This document shows positions 12,226-25,639 of a DNA stretch of 64,000 bases, one piece after another. Numbering within the stretch: the first letter of the stretch is position 1; the number at the start of each line of letters is the position of its first letter. The stretch is from contig MU062627.1 of NCBI GenBank assembly GCA_013265495.1, positions 1,384,274 to 1,448,273 on the forward strand, in the 5' to 3' direction. The translations under genes and the position numbers were made by a program. Below the pieces are notes generated by a model. It made no database searches, was not told the origin of the DNA, and saw nothing but the letters and a program-made list of their open reading frames with translations. This stretch comes from Vicugna vicugna. Lineage: Eukaryota.

Positions 12226-12342
12226 TTTTCTTTTTTTTACGATGGAATGCGTCACAAATCTGAGTGTCATCTTTGCACAGGGGCCATGCTAACCTTCTCC
12301 GTGTTGTTCCGATTTTAGTCCATGTGCAGCCGAAGTGAGCAG
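12226..12342 (-). pseudogene. RNU6: Full-length U6 snRNA retrocopy
   Basis: Reverse complement aligns by eye to U6 along its length (ctgctcacttcggctgcacatggactaaaatcggaacaacacggagaaggttagcatggcccctgtgcaaagatgacac...), many substitutions, A tail (T run 12226-12238), degenerate TSD agcttg(a)ccatct at 12210-12222 and 12341-12352. Confidence 0.93.
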
Positions 12343-15300
12343 CTTGCCATCTTTTAATAACAGCGTGTATAGATCTACCTCATTCTGTTCCTGTACACAC
12401 GTATCATAATTTATCTAACCTTTCCCCTATTGGTGGTCACTTAGGTTTAAAAAAAGTTCTTATCTACCGTGCTTATTATAAACAGTGCCACAGTGTGCAT
12501 ATGTGGGGCTGCAGAGGGCGGGTATTTGCACACTTGCGTATGTCAGCAGAACAGGTTTCTAGAAGTAGAATGCTGAATCGAAGTGTATTACAAGATGTTC
12601 TCCAGAAAGCTTGTACCAATTTCAACTTTCCCAAAGCTAATAGTGAGTGTTTTTCAGAGGGCAGTCCCTGCATGATTTGGTCTGTTGCCTTTTACAGGGA
12701 CCCAAGACCCTGTTCATTGTGAGAACATCTCAAAGCAGTAGAGGAAAAGTTGTCAAAGATCATGGCTGCAATCAGAAAACCTCAGATTAGTTCTCAGCTG
12801 ACTCTGGTTCCGATTCTGCTTGGTGACTCTGTGCCAGTACTTGACGAGGAAGTGTAGCTGTGTGAACCTCACCCACACAGCTCAGCCCGCACCACAAGCA
12901 GGGTGACTCTGAAGTGTTCCCACAAGACCCAGCTCCTCATCCGGGGCAGGACATTCACATGACTGATGAGCCCAGAACAGACCACCAACACTCCCATCCG
13001 GGACCTCGCCGAGGTCAAGTGGTCATCAAGTTCCCTCCCCAGCAGGTGGAAGGGACCCTGCAGGGCCTCTGGACTGGGAAGTTTTCTTGATGGAGTCTTG
13101 CTAACACTACCATCTCAGCTGAGGTGGGAGGGGCTGAGGAATTCAAAGGCCAGACACCCTTATAAAAGCTGGCACACAAGGTCAGACCATTTTGTGTCCC
13201 AGTTTAGGCTGTATTTGTCCCAGTTCCAAGACTGCACTCACGATCTCCCATAAAAAGGGGGCACTCTGGGTGTGATGGCATACACGGGTAATAACTCACT
13301 GAGCTATATGCTTCACATGTGTGCATTTTACTACATGCAAACCACATTTCAAAAGAGAGAAGGGAAGGAGTGAGGGAGGGAGCATAAAAGAGAAAGAAAA
13401 AGGGGAAGATAGGAGAGGGAGGGGCAGTAGAGGACAGGGTCCCAGAGTGCACCTGCCTGTCCGTCCGAGCACACCCCTCCTCAGAATGTGGGGAGAATGA
13501 GGACCTAGGGAACCGCTACCCTGGGTTCCATCCTGGACCACGTGAGCCGCTGGCACTGGCCTGAGCCCTTTGCTCAGCCATGGGGCATCCACTGGTGAGA
13601 GTCAATAGTACAAGGGATGGCGTGTTAGGAGAGCTTCTCCACAGCAACGTGTGGCGATGTCATAGTGCAAAGTATTAATGGAATATTACCGCCCCCACCC
13701 TCTCTTTCATTTCATGACCTTTCCCCACAGTCCTATGGAGAAACAGGAGGCTGCCATTTGTCCCAGAGAAGAATTGTCATGGTGGAGCCAGAGAAGAAAG
13801 CCAACAAATTGTTGTCTTTTAAATTCAAAAGCAGCGGCCCTTATGTAACATGGAAATACAGGTTGGAGGGGTGGAGAATGCTGGCTGAGTCAGTCTATTC
13901 CACTCTCCACCAGTCCTCCCCCTGCCAGCCCTCGCTTCCCTGCCTCCACCCTCCCATCCCCTAGAAGATCAAGAAGGGAGAGAGACCAGTTGGATGGGGA
14001 ACTCACAGGAGAGACACTGAAGACCACTATCTCCTGGAAGCAGCTAGCTTCAAAAGGGAGAAATGACAGCCCCCAGAAAAGTTTGGAAATATCAAACTAG
14101 GGGAACTTGAGTAGGTTTAAACTTGAAGTGTCTGAGTATGCCTGGAACCAAATAAGACTATGTTTTCTGCCACCAGAAGAAAAAGCTAAAAATAGAGAGT
14201 TTGGAAAAATACAGACTTTTTTTTTTTTTGCATCTCTATTGGTGGGAAAATGAATATTTGCCACAAAAGTACAATTTTTTGCAGTGGGGGTTTTTGCATT
14301 CTGTATCACCCTTATTGCAAAGATGCATTTTCCAAGCCTAGAAATCACACGTGTGTCCTAACTAGGACTGATAAGAAAAGAAAAGGAAAAAAAGAAGAAA
14401 AAAAGATAGTTATGGCTCAGCTCTTGTCCTCTGGAGATTTTCAGCCAGGTCAGCTCAGACATCAAATGAGAAAACAGAAGGTACTAGATTTCCCCTCTCT
14501 CTCTGCCAAGAAAGATGTTCCCCAGGCCCCTGTGCCCAGGCCTGCCAGACCAAAATAGGAGAAAAGAACCACATGACAACGAGGCTCATTTCACAGCTTT
14601 TTTTACTTCCTCATCCCTGAATGTGACTCAGAGGACACCCAGGAACTGGATGAGGGAGAGAGGGTTCAGTTCTCTGAGTACCACCGAAGTCTGCTAGAGG
14701 TCAAGTGAAAGGAGGCACTATGGATACAGGCTTCTGCAGCCTGGACCCACCACCTGGACACCTGGCCCCCTGCCCTCCCTGCCCTCCTGCCTCTCCTCAC
14801 ATTCCAGCCTAACCCTGGCCTCCAGAAGACGTGGAAATGTCCCTGCGCGTGGGGGGCTCAGTTCTAAGAGCTGAACTGGGGGATCGATTGGCCAAAGGTA
14901 ACAGATGGGTTTTTTTTGTTTGTTTAGTTCAAAGGGAGCAAATGAACCTAAGATTCTATGGTTTTATCTCCCCAAATGCGTGCGTGGTGAGCGGAAGCAT
15001 GGAGTAATCAGCTGAAGTGCAGAAACCCCGCCTTGGGTGGTTGGCTGAGTGCTTGGGAAATTGTTTCTGAAGCAAGAGCAATGATGATAACCAATCAAAC
15101 ACTGGCTCGAGATTTTGCAAACCGGACCCGGAAGAATCATTTGAGTTCTAGACAGGTGTTGTAGTGTCACATGTTATGAGAAGCACAGGAAATCTTTTTG
15201 AGAGCCAGCTGGCTGAGAGACAGTCCAAAGAGAAAAGGGAACCCCTCTGGTTCACCGAAGATGGCATGTCGGAACAGCCAAGCTGTTGGAACATTTTAAT

Positions 15301-15706
15301 TCTGGAAGAAGGAAGAAATCATTTGAATGCATTTGTCACATGTAGGGTTTTTCAGGGCAAGGCTCTTGAGCCGGAAGTTCCTTAAGAGGATGCTAGAGTG
15401 CGCAGACCGGAGCTCTCTGATTATCTGAGGACTCCGCTAAGCTTGACATCAACCTTGGGTTTCGAGTCTCCATTTCCTTTTCTCAGTTAAAACAATGAGT
15501 ATAGAGACTGATAAGAAAATGATTATTAAATGTAGCTTAGAAAACAGCTAACTCAGTGGTACAGCGTCGTGACTTTTTGCCTAAACAAAATAGAAGTGAA
15601 TTGTTGGACTTTGAACTGCTAAATTTAAAACACGAACATTTGCCTTAAAAACGGAACCCAGAGCTAATTTGTTAACCATTTTCCTAGAATTGAGCAAAAG
15701 TATGCA

Positions 15707-15802
15707 ATTTTTTTAAATGGAGGTACTGGGGATCGAACCCAGGGCTCCCATGCATGCTAAGCATGCACCCTACCACTGAGCTATTGCACCACCACCACCC
15801 CC
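15707..15802 (-). mobile_element. tRNA-derived camelid SINE
   Basis: ggaggtactggggatcgaacccagggctcccatgcatgctaagcatgcaccctaccactgagcta. Confidence 0.88.
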
Positions 15803-17254
15803 TCTAAAAGCAGCTGATTTTTAAAGCTACCTCATGGTCAACTAAACAGATTTTTTAATTCCTCAGAACTCTATCTTGAAAGAAAAAAACAAAAAACAAA
15901 AAACCCTCTGGTAATTGACACTTACTGTTTGTCGCCTGTTCCATGCTCTTCCTTGAGCCTGGTAATCAGGGCCCTGCTGGGTTTCTGGGTCTTCCAGCTG
16001 GTACCCAGGTTGCTATAGAGATGCTAGGAGCAGAATCCAAAGTGAGCAGTTGTCTGAGGAGTCCCTGCTCAGGGCCTGAAAACAGCTCAGTGGGAGCTTC
16101 AGCAGGTGACACAGATTTTTCCAGAGTTAAAATGAAAGCCTCAGCGAGCAAGCATTCACCTGCTTCCTCCCCAGGCAGAGACAATCTAGTTGTTAAGAGG
16201 TTGTCTCCAGTTGACTTTGGCCCATGACCTCAGTGTTCCTTTACTGGAAGTTTCTCAAAACATCTCCGGAAAGCTAGGGGTCACCAGATCCCCAGTACTT
16301 CCCACAGGGCCAGTCCGCTCCCTGCCCAGCTCTCTGCCAGGGTGCCCCAGTCTGAGCCAGAAACGAATTCCAGACCCCTCGGGTGGCCCCGGGGGACCTG
16401 AGAAAGTACCTGGGCCCAGGGCAGTGGCTAAGGGGATGGAGCTGCGGGCCCAGGCTCCTTCAGCTAAAATGGGCTCCAGGTGGAGGCCCACGGGGCCGGC
16501 GTCTTGGGAGACGCAAGGACCACAGCAGATAAGGGAAGAACACAGGGTCATGCCAGGGGCTCCAGATCCCAAACGTCTCAGACATTTGTTAAAGTTCTGG
16601 CTTTTTTTTTTTTTTTAATATTTGCCTTTATAGAAACTTGTTTGAGGTCACAAAATGAGGAAACATTTCTAGTATATATTTAAGCTTTTAAAAAGTTAGG
16701 AGGTCAAGGCCGTGATGCAGAACCTGCTTGCATGTGTGGCGGCCCTTGTGCTGATGGAAGCCCCCACCCTCGGGCTCCCAGCCTCCCCTGGCCGAGCTGC
16801 TGAAGCCCGGCCCTGCTGCCCTGTGCCCTCTGCCCTCAGGCCCAGCTGTCTCTCACGGCTTCTCCCACAATCTGTTTCGCACTGGGGAGACTCAGCTTTT
16901 GATGGACTGACACATCCGAGGCCGGAGACTTTAAAGCAGGAAGTGAAGCTTTTGTTCTGTGTGGCCAAGGGCTTGAGTCTGTCTGATCGTGGCTCAGAAC
17001 TTGAGGCGACCTCTAAAGGTCAAGTTGCTCCCGGCTTCTGGACAGGAGAGCTCCGCTCCTGGAAAAAGGGTCCCCGCTTTTGCTGGGTTTTGTTTGCTGT
17101 TTGCTTGTTAATTGGGGGGGGGGCAAAGTTTGCAAGTGAACTGTCTTTGACATCCTTTGGATTCTCGGAAAGAAAACCGCTGCCAAAGCAAGAATAAGCG
17201 AAACGCTTCTGAGGGGGCCATGGCTTTCCCCTCTTCCTTACTGAGCAGGAACTG

Positions 17255-17365
17255 CCTTTGGAGTCAGGCAGACCTGCGTCCTGACCCTGGTCATTTACGT
17301 GCTCTGTAACCTTGAACAAGTCCCTTAGGCTGAGACCCCGCTCCTTTTACTGTCAACAGGTTTTT
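17255..17365 (-). mobile_element. MIR fragment
   Basis: ttggagtcaggcagacctgcgtcctgaccctggtcatttacgtgctctgtaaccttgaacaagtc. Confidence 0.65.
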
Positions 17366-18822
17366 GCAAAGAGTAGAAGGACACACCTAGTTCTCGAGGT
17401 TTCTTGGCACACAGTAGGAGCTCAATAGAGAATGACCAGGCTGTTGTTATTTGGATTAGTTGCCAGCGCCCCTCCTACCCCGGAAGGTGCCAGCCTTTGC
17501 AACTACAGCGGTTAGATACATGGAGGGGGAAGCGTGCAGATACGGAACTGGGCTCGTCTTGGGGGACCCGCAGTGGCAAACAGGCAGTCACGGTGAGGGG
17601 GGACAATGGAGAAGGGGCTGGGTGGGTCTTGCTCGTTTCTGACAAAGTTCTGAGAACGCAGCCCTCTGTTCCCCGACCTTCTCGAGGATCAAGTGGGAAC
17701 ACAGGTGGGCCTGCGCCCTCCTTGCTTTCACTCACCTACAGGGGGAGGGCTTTTTGATGGGCTGTTGCTGTCACTACGCCTCTTCCACGTGCACAGTGCT
17801 TGGGAGGCACGTCCGCCTCAAACTCTGTGTCCAGAGGGCAGGAGGTGCACGTGGACAACGTCTGCCTCAGACCTGGGCCCCTGGCAGGTGGGCTCTGAAG
17901 ACCTCAGAGTCACTGCTGCTTGTCACCGAGTCCTTCTCTGCGACCCCAGGCGTTTTCTTGGATTATTTGGTGAAATTGTGGGAAAGAGTTGGGGTTGATT
18001 TAACCTAACTTAGCTGCTCAGTTCTGTTCAGGAAGCAGGCAGCTAGAGCTTCTGCAGCAAGAAGGGAAAAACCACTTCATCAGGGGAGAGGTGTTACTTC
18101 GGAAAGATGCTGGAACCCGCATGGGGTTCGAAAGTGCCGAGGCAGAGGGGTGGGGGCTGCAGTCCCAGGGAGGCGCCACTCCCACCTGTTTGGAGCATCA
18201 CGCCCACCAAGTGTGGAGCTCTCCTTCCTTCGCAGGGTTGATGAGAAAGCAGCCACCCGTTGTCCCCTCGCCCCCTGCTTACCTCCCCTGCTCCTCACAC
18301 CCTGACTTCTGCTTCCCCCGCATGGCAGCAGCTCTGCCAGTGCCCTCGCCTTGGCCCTCAGCCTCCTTCACCCACTCCTTGAAGTGTTTCGCCTCCTGAC
18401 ACGTGTGACCGCGTCGCCCTGACTCTTCTCTTGCCTCGCTGAACACTGTCTCCCCGAACGCTCCACAGGCCCCGCCTGCCTCAACTAGGAAAGCTCTCAA
18501 GCTCAGCCCTCATTTTCTTGAAGCCTTATCAGCCCATCTCAGAGTTGTGTTCTGCAGAGCCAGTATGGCCAGGAGTTATCGGTACAAAGCTGCGGGAGCA
18601 GACGAATTACCTCTCCATCTTCTCCATCTCCTGTGGCGGCCGCGGCTGTGCCAGCCTCTCCATCACTCTGGCTGGAAACACCAAGGACTCCTTTATTTTT
18701 GATTCCTCCTCTTTTTCATCTCCATGTGTAAAACAGATCATCTTTGGCATTTATTCCCACCCTTCCTCTCTTCCTGCAGCTAGCTTAGCATTATTATTTC
18801 TTGCCTGGAATATTACAGTAGC

Positions 18823-18905
18823 TTTTTTTCTTTTACATGGAGGCCCCGGGGATGGAACCCAGGACCTTGTGCATGCTGTCCTCCACGGCTGAGCTGTACC
18901 CACCC
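18823..18905 (-). mobile_element. tRNA-derived camelid SINE with a short internal deletion
   Basis: ggaggccccggggatggaacccaggaccttgtgcatgct...gctgagctgtacc; lacks part of the aagcatgcgctct segment. Confidence 0.8.
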
Positions 18906-19624
18906 GCCTCCAACAGCTTCTTAATATGTTTTCTTGTCCAGATAAGAACCACTTCTCCGGGCTCAGAACACCTTATTCCCTTATCTTCCTTCCCAATGGA
19001 CAGGGATGGAAGGAGAAAGCAAGAGACGGTCTGGAAGGACTGTGGCTGCAAGAAATCGACGTCTCGCCCGTGGCTTGTAAGCAGACAATCCACAGAGGGA
19101 GAGAAGGACGTACAAACAACTCTGTTTAATGGAAAATTACACTAGATTCTAAAGCAAGAAGTCCACTGTTTTACGTAAAAGGAGATTTTCACAGCATTTA
19201 GTGACACTGGACAGAGTGTCTTGAATTTTATGGCTTTAATTGTACCTCAGTGCAATAAAGCATTCTGCAAAGCTTTTGTGTGCTAGAAATTCTAAGCAGA
19301 AAATGGCTACAGAGCTGAGAGCAGGCAAACCAGCAGCTGAGAGAAATCTGCTTGGAGTTTGGACAGAGGTAGGGTTGAGCTTCCGAGGGTCCAGCTGAAG
19401 AGGTGGTGCCCAGATGCTGTGACGCTTATGGTCCAATCAGCCAGGAATGGGAGGGCGAGGATGCCACACAGAGATTCAGCACCCCCGGGAGCAGGCAGAG
19501 GCTGCGTGTTCATCTTCCTGTCATAAATTTGGAAATCCGAAAGCACCCACTGCATGTGGGCAGCTGAGTGGAACTTTTACGTGGCATTTTGTGGCAGCCT
19601 CTGGACAAACCAGCATGTTGGGCG

Positions 19625-19745
19625 CTATTTATATAACCATTTTGCAGATGAGGAAACTGAGGCTCTTGAGAATCAGTGTGACTTGTGAAAGCTGGCTTAG
19701 GTAGTACAGGACAGAGCCAGGATTAGAATCCAGGCTTTCTTGGTT
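19625..19745 (+). mobile_element. MIR fragment
   Basis: ccattttgcagatgaggaaactgaggctc...ggacagagccaggattagaatccagg. Confidence 0.75.
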
Positions 19746-20784
19746 AAAACACAGCTTGAGAGAGGGCCAGCGGTGGTTATGTGCTTCCACAGAATTCAAG
19801 GTCATGAAAGAGGACAGAAGTCACTGAGACACCCCCAAACCCTGGCTCTGACCAGTTCAGGCTCCCTGGAAAATCTAGGGGAACTTGGCACCTCCCCCAA
19901 AGGCTCTCCTCTGGAATGATGCTAGGAATTCACTGAGAAGTCTGAGCGAGGTGGGACCAGGGCAGAAGGTGTCAGCAGAGGGGGTCCCAGGCCACAGCAG
20001 AAATGGCCAGATTTTAGCCTCTGCAGATGGTCTGGAGGAGATGGGCTCCACCCAGCAGCATTCAGGAGCAACAGGGGATGACAGTCTGTCAGGGGTGGCG
20101 GTGAGAGAGAGGAGACCATGTGTACCCAACAGTACGTACAGAATGAGTTACAGAATTTCCAGGGCCTTGTGCAAAGTGAAAATGTGGCCTCTTGTTCAGA
20201 ATCATTAAGCACTTCAAGACGGTGACAGCAGAGAATTAAACCAAGCATGGGGACATTATAAGCCCGGGGCCCCACTGACTGACAGGTCATGCGCGCGATC
20301 ACACGTGGTGACTGGCTTCCCTCGTAGCTGCCGTGATAGACGTCTCTGTGGAGGAGGAGTGTTGCAAGGGAGAGTGGCTGGGCAGGTCGGAGATTCTGAC
20401 TTCTCTTCCTCCCCCACATTCACTCAAAATAGCTGAGTTACAACAGCCTCCAATTTGTCAGGTAGGATCTTGTCCCAAGCACTTGACTGGATCATTGCTC
20501 CTCTCCCACAACCCGCCTTTCCACCCAAGAAAAGCGAGGCTGTGAGGCTGGGAGACCCACAGCAGCTGGAGGAAAGGCAAGATTTGAACCCGGGTCTCTG
20601 GACTCCAAAGCTCTCCCCCACTTCTGTGCGTTGCCTCTACCTCTGAACCCTGCAAGAAATGGAGATTTTAGGAGCTTCTGGCAGGGAAGCTGATAGCTCT
20701 ATACTAGGTCAGTGTTTCTCCAACTCCAGTCTTTTATAGATCACTTCCACAACTGTTAGCCGTATTTTCAATCCACCTATAATT

Positions 20785-20898
20785 GGTGGGGTTGGTAATT
20801 AAGTTTTTATTTATTTAATTTAATGGAGGTACTGGGGATTGAACCCAGGACCTCGTGGGTGCTAAGCAGGCACTCTGCCACTGAGCTATGCCCACCCT
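20785..20898 (-). mobile_element. tRNA-derived camelid SINE
   Basis: ggaggtactggggattgaacccaggacctcgtgggtgctaagcaggcactctgccactgagctatgccc plus tail. Confidence 0.88.
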
Positions 20899-22079
20899 CT
20901 ATTAATTCACTTTTTTTTTAAACATTAGCCTCTTCATAAAATGTAACCGTGAAATTGTGGGTTTGGTGCACTAACTGCATGTTTTCTCTAGTACACATTA
21001 AAATAAATAAACTCTCTGTCCTACCTAGAAGGTCCTTCTGTAAATGCATCCTATAAACATGTTCACAGATGTGTGAAATAACGTCTACAGTACGCAAGAA
21101 CATTTCGCTGGAACATGTTATGATAGTATATAATTAGAAACAACGTGACTGTTTCTCAACAGGACCCTGATTATACGAAGGAAAGCTACACAGCCATTAA
21201 AAAGGGGGGGGGAGGAAGCTCTCTTTGTCCTGATAAGGAACTGTTGTTAAGAAAAAAGAGCAAGGTGCAGAATTGGGTATCAAATGTGATGTGTATAAAG
21301 GGGGAGCAATGAGGTCTACGTTTGTATATCCTTAAAATCTCTTCTGAGAAAAGATTGCCAATAAAGCAATGCAAATCATTCCTGGTGGGCGGGAAGTGTT
21401 TGGCAGTGATGGAAGGAAAACTTTTCATGTTTGTTCATTTTGAACCATGTGTATGTATTATCTGTCCAAAAAATTAAATGAGCTAAAATACTACAATCAT
21501 TATTATGATGGGAATGTTCATCCACATGTTGCCTAAAATCATCTGGTGAGACATCGATGGTAAGTGTTTCTACTTGGGAAAAACAGCTCTGATGGGTTTG
21601 ACTCACATGAATGGGGTGATGGTCTTGGTCAACCACTGTCAAGCAGGTGGAAGTCCTGGACAGGTGGGCCAACCCGAGTGCTGGGAAGGACCTGGAAGAA
21701 GCCCATCATTAAGCCAGGCTCTTCAGTCATATTCTGTGCCAATGCGGTCCATGTTGCTGACTGCCCTGAAGCCCAGAAAAGAAGCTGAGCCCCAGAGAGA
21801 AGGGGCTGTGTCCCTTTGTGAAGACTACGTGAGCTATGTCCGCTCTGGCTGCTGCACTGTGACCTGATGGGAAAAATAACTGACTGAAATGGGGGCTTTC
21901 TAGACAAGGTCTCCTAGTCTGAGCCCAGGGTTCTGGGGAAAGAGAGGTGAACGCCTGCCAGGCCAGGATGGGAGCCCAGGATGACAGACAGCCACCATGA
22001 ATGGGAAAGGGTGTAGGCAAGAATGTTCCGAGGTAGGGAGTTGGTGTGTGTCTCCTGCGCAGGTCAACAGAGAGATTAC

Positions 22080-22285
22080 TCAGGTCCCTGGGTGGGTGGT
22101 TGAGTCAGGAGCCAACTGACAGAAGAGGTGGTTGCACTTAAAAAAAAAAAGAAAGAAAAAAGAGGTGGTTGCACTTCTGTTAATGCGGCCTCGATTGCAT
22201 GAGCTGTTTTGGCAACTGCGTGATCCTGTTGACTCAACGCTGACCTTGCAGACAACCCAGATGGTGAGGCTACTTCCAATGCGTT
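22080..22285 (-). mobile_element. CR1/L3 LINE ORF2 3' fragment
   Basis: Minus strand gttgagtcaacaggatcacgcagttgccaaaacagctcatgcaatcgaggccgcattaacagaagtg resembles the recalled L3 consensus atgagtcaacagtgtgatgcagttgcaaaaaaagctaatgcaatcttgggctgcattaacagaag. Confidence 0.6.
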
Positions 22286-22969
22286 GTTCTTAGAGTTACC
22301 GTCTTACTATATTTGGGCAGTTGAGTTTTTAAATTTGAGAGTAAATCCTTACCTGTCTCCCCATCAAATTTCAGCCTTGGAGTTTTTTGTGAATCAGTAT
22401 GACTCAGCCTGTATTTTAATCCTGATTCTGTTACTGTACGTGTTGGTGCTCTGTCTCCAAGCTTTGGGCCGTTTGTAAAGCTGATTCAAGTTGTTTATAA
22501 AAAGGTCAGAAAGCACGAGTTGACATTGACACATCAAGAAGACTCTATGGACATACTATAGAGCCAACTAAATCATCTAAAGTGTCTTATCCAAGGAATA
22601 AATACCTTGGCCAAATATCTTTCTGATATTTGCCAACTTCCTGGTCCTCCTATCTGGAAAGTTTTCTCAAAAAAAAAGGGGGAGAGTTTGCTTTGACTTG
22701 ATTTGTTCTTAGTAGACTCATGTCAGTTCCTAAAACCCCAGCTTCCTTTTTGTTTCTGGGTGCCTTTTTAGAATAATCTATCTTTTAGAATTCTTCCCAG
22801 GGATCAGCTGGTAAATCTCTGACATCATTTTTAGAATCATGTCTTTCAGAAAACTAGAATCACATAACCCATGCATCCTGGTGTTCCGGCCTCTACCCCA
22901 GCCTCCACGGTGCGTCAGTCAGTGACCAGGTTGAGTGGTCATACTTGCAAAATCTTTCAGTTCCTGGGA

Positions 22970-23440
22970 TTTCACGACTCTAGGTCTGATACCTGGAATT
23001 TCTTTAAAGCAGCTCTCAGCTTCTTCCCCATCCTCTCTCCGTCTGGGTCTCCATTCCCTGTGTAGCTTGGGAACAAAGCAGGAGCTGAGGAGTTCTGCTT
23101 TCTCTTCAACATCTGCTGATGTGACGCCACCCCCGGCAGTGACCCTCCCTGCTCCTCCTCTGTTGCGTTGTCCTTAGCGCTTCTTGCAGCCTCAGCGCAC
23201 TCTGGCTTCAGCCTTCCCTGTGCTGGGCCTTTGAGCTCTGCCCAGCATTCGGATTCCTCCTTGGTCAGGAGCCGCATCCTCCATCATTTGTGCATGTTTG
23301 GCCTCCGGAGAGAATTCCCTGGGGAGTCGCGTTGACTCAGCCTGTCTCTCATCTCTGGGATCCCTGTGGACCACGCGGTTATGTTTGGTTCTGAGACTCT
23401 CCCGTCTCTCCTTAGCAATCTATTGTTTCAGCCAAGCCAG
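22970..23440 (-). mobile_element. Possible further CR1/L3 ORF2 fragment
   Basis: Minus-strand frame ...GGVTSADVEEKAELLSSCF resembles the CR1 ORF2 motif EKAELLN.FFASVF; same strand as the 22.1 kb piece. Confidence 0.4.
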
Positions 23441-25054
23441 GAGTCTTGGCCAGGGGCACATATCTAATTTTCACATTTTGCTAGCCAAAGCTTTTTTTTT
23501 ATTTTTCAATTAAAAAAAATTTTTTGGCATACAACAAAACTAACTAGAACAAACTTAAGCAAACACTGAAATTTATTATAAGGGCCTACAAATGTCCCTC
23601 AGAGGCTAAGGCTGGGCACTCAGGTGAGCCCTGGGGAAAACTGGAATCAGGGACAGGCTGGAAAGTTACTGAGTGTCCCTGTCTGTGTCCCTAGAGAAGC
23701 AGGGGGACAAGCACAACCTAATGGGCCTTACTCGTCATCCATCCATTCATTCATTCAGCAAATATTTATCCTGTGTCCAGACACCATTTTAGTTGTTAGA
23801 GACACCACAGGGGAAGCAAAAGAGAATCTTTAAAAACTCTCTTTTCCTAAACGTGAAGTATGTTTCTGAGTCTCCTGCAACTCCCCCTCTTTCTTTTTAT
23901 CGTGACGTGGTCAGTTTCCACTCCGTCTGCATCAGTCACCATCTCACTTACAGCAGCTTTTCCCCTTAGACACCCACTGACTGAGGAGCCTGCCTCCCTG
24001 AAGGAAGTGCGCCATGTGTGAAGAAGCACATAAATGAATTCTCCAGAGACCTGACCTTCCCAGAGAGAGCCGCCCGCGGAATATTTAAGCATGCCCAAGA
24101 GAGATGCAGACCGCATCCCCGACTCTGTGGCTAGATCACACTTAGTGGATGGATGCTATGGAGAGAAGACACAGGACTGAAATGGCCAGCTGCCTCCAAG
24201 AAGAGAAAATTGCAGCATGTGTAGGACTAGCATTAAATCAGATTAACCATACCTAGAAATAATTTTTAGGTCAGTGCATGTTTACCAAGTTTTGCTGTAA
24301 GTAGGATTGTTAGATGCTAGGTTCTGTGGGAAATGGAAAGAAGTGGAAAGCATGCTTTGTGCCCTCAGAGAGCTTGCGGCTAGCCAGATAGATAAGGCAG
24401 GAAGCAGATAATGGAACAGACAGTGCTTGTGTTTGGGGGGTTTGATTATAAATGCTATCAGAATTCAGAAAAGTGAAAATTGCTGAGACTCGCTTAAGTC
24501 AGGAAGGGCTTCACGATGGAGATGTAGCTCAGCTGAGCTTTTAAGGATGGGCTGGATCCATGTGTGCAGAGAAAAGCCAAAGAGCAATCTTGTGGTGATG
24601 AGCCCGTTCAGGGCTTCGATCATTATGTGTTCTTCATTAGGTTGTATCCTAGCTCATTTGTCAGACTTTTACCGAGTGCCCACCAGTGTAGGTGCTAGAT
24701 ATTGTGTGTATCAAGTTTCAGAGATGAAAATCGTCCTCGCCTCTAGTGGGCTTAATGTGAAGATCCTTTAAAAGAATAGGCATTATCAGGCCCTCATTTG
24801 GATAACAAGATGGGTATGTGTAACCAACCAAACGAAATCGTTACAGTGAGTTTAAAAGCACCTTCCGCAGCATGTATTTTGAGAGTCTACCAGACGACAG
24901 GCACAAAAGATGAAAATGGAAAAATCAAACACAGGTCCTGCACTCCAGGAGCTTACGGTCTAGCTGGGAAACAGCCACTGAAACAAATAATGACAATTGT
25001 GTGTGATATTAACCAAGCCAGCTAGTCAAGGAAGGAGAAGCCTGGAGCCCTACA

Positions 25055-25230
25055 GTTGCGGTGGGCAAAGCCTAAGCCGGCCCCCAGAGACCCCTGTCCT
25101 TGTGTAATCCCCGCCCCTCGTGTGGGCAGGGACTGTGGCTTGCTTCTCACCCACAGAATGTGGCAAATGTGAAGGGGTTTTGCAGAAGTAATCAAGATTC
25201 CCTAAACAGCTGACTTTAATCAAAAAAAGA
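25055..25230 (+). mobile_element. MaLR (MLT1E/F-like) LTR 5' fragment
   Basis: tgcggtgggc...gtccttgtgtaatccccgcccctcgtgtgggcagggactgtggcttgcttct...agaatgtggcaaatgtgaaggg. Confidence 0.65.
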
Positions 25231-25639
25231 AATTATCATTCTCTTTCCCTTAAGACATGGCTTGATCTCAGCTGGCTCTCCTCATGGTCACAAGATAGCT
25301 GCCAATGCTCCAGGCAACTTAACAAACTGTCTGGGGAGAAGCAAGATTGTTCTTTCCCATATATCTTTTTTTTTTAATCAGTAAGGAAGGGGGGAAAATA
25401 TCTTTCCCAGAAATCCTAAGCAGATTTGCTCTGACGTCTTATTAACCAGAATTCTATCTCATACCTGCGCCTATACCATTCATGCGCCATACCCCATTTC
25501 CTGGGGCATCATTGGGGTTCTATCTCCCCCAAAGCAAATGGCCTCCAGAGAATGGAGACTTGAACAGAAAGGGGCTTCTACCAGAAGCAAGAAGGAGAAT
25601 GGAGGGTGGCGGGAAAGGCCATCTATTAACAGTGGCAGA

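Noticed and set aside
18500-18820. Exon-like purine-rich minus-strand segment in the intergenic region
   Set aside because: The minus-strand frames I translated hit stops and gave no recognisable peptide or matching splice pair.
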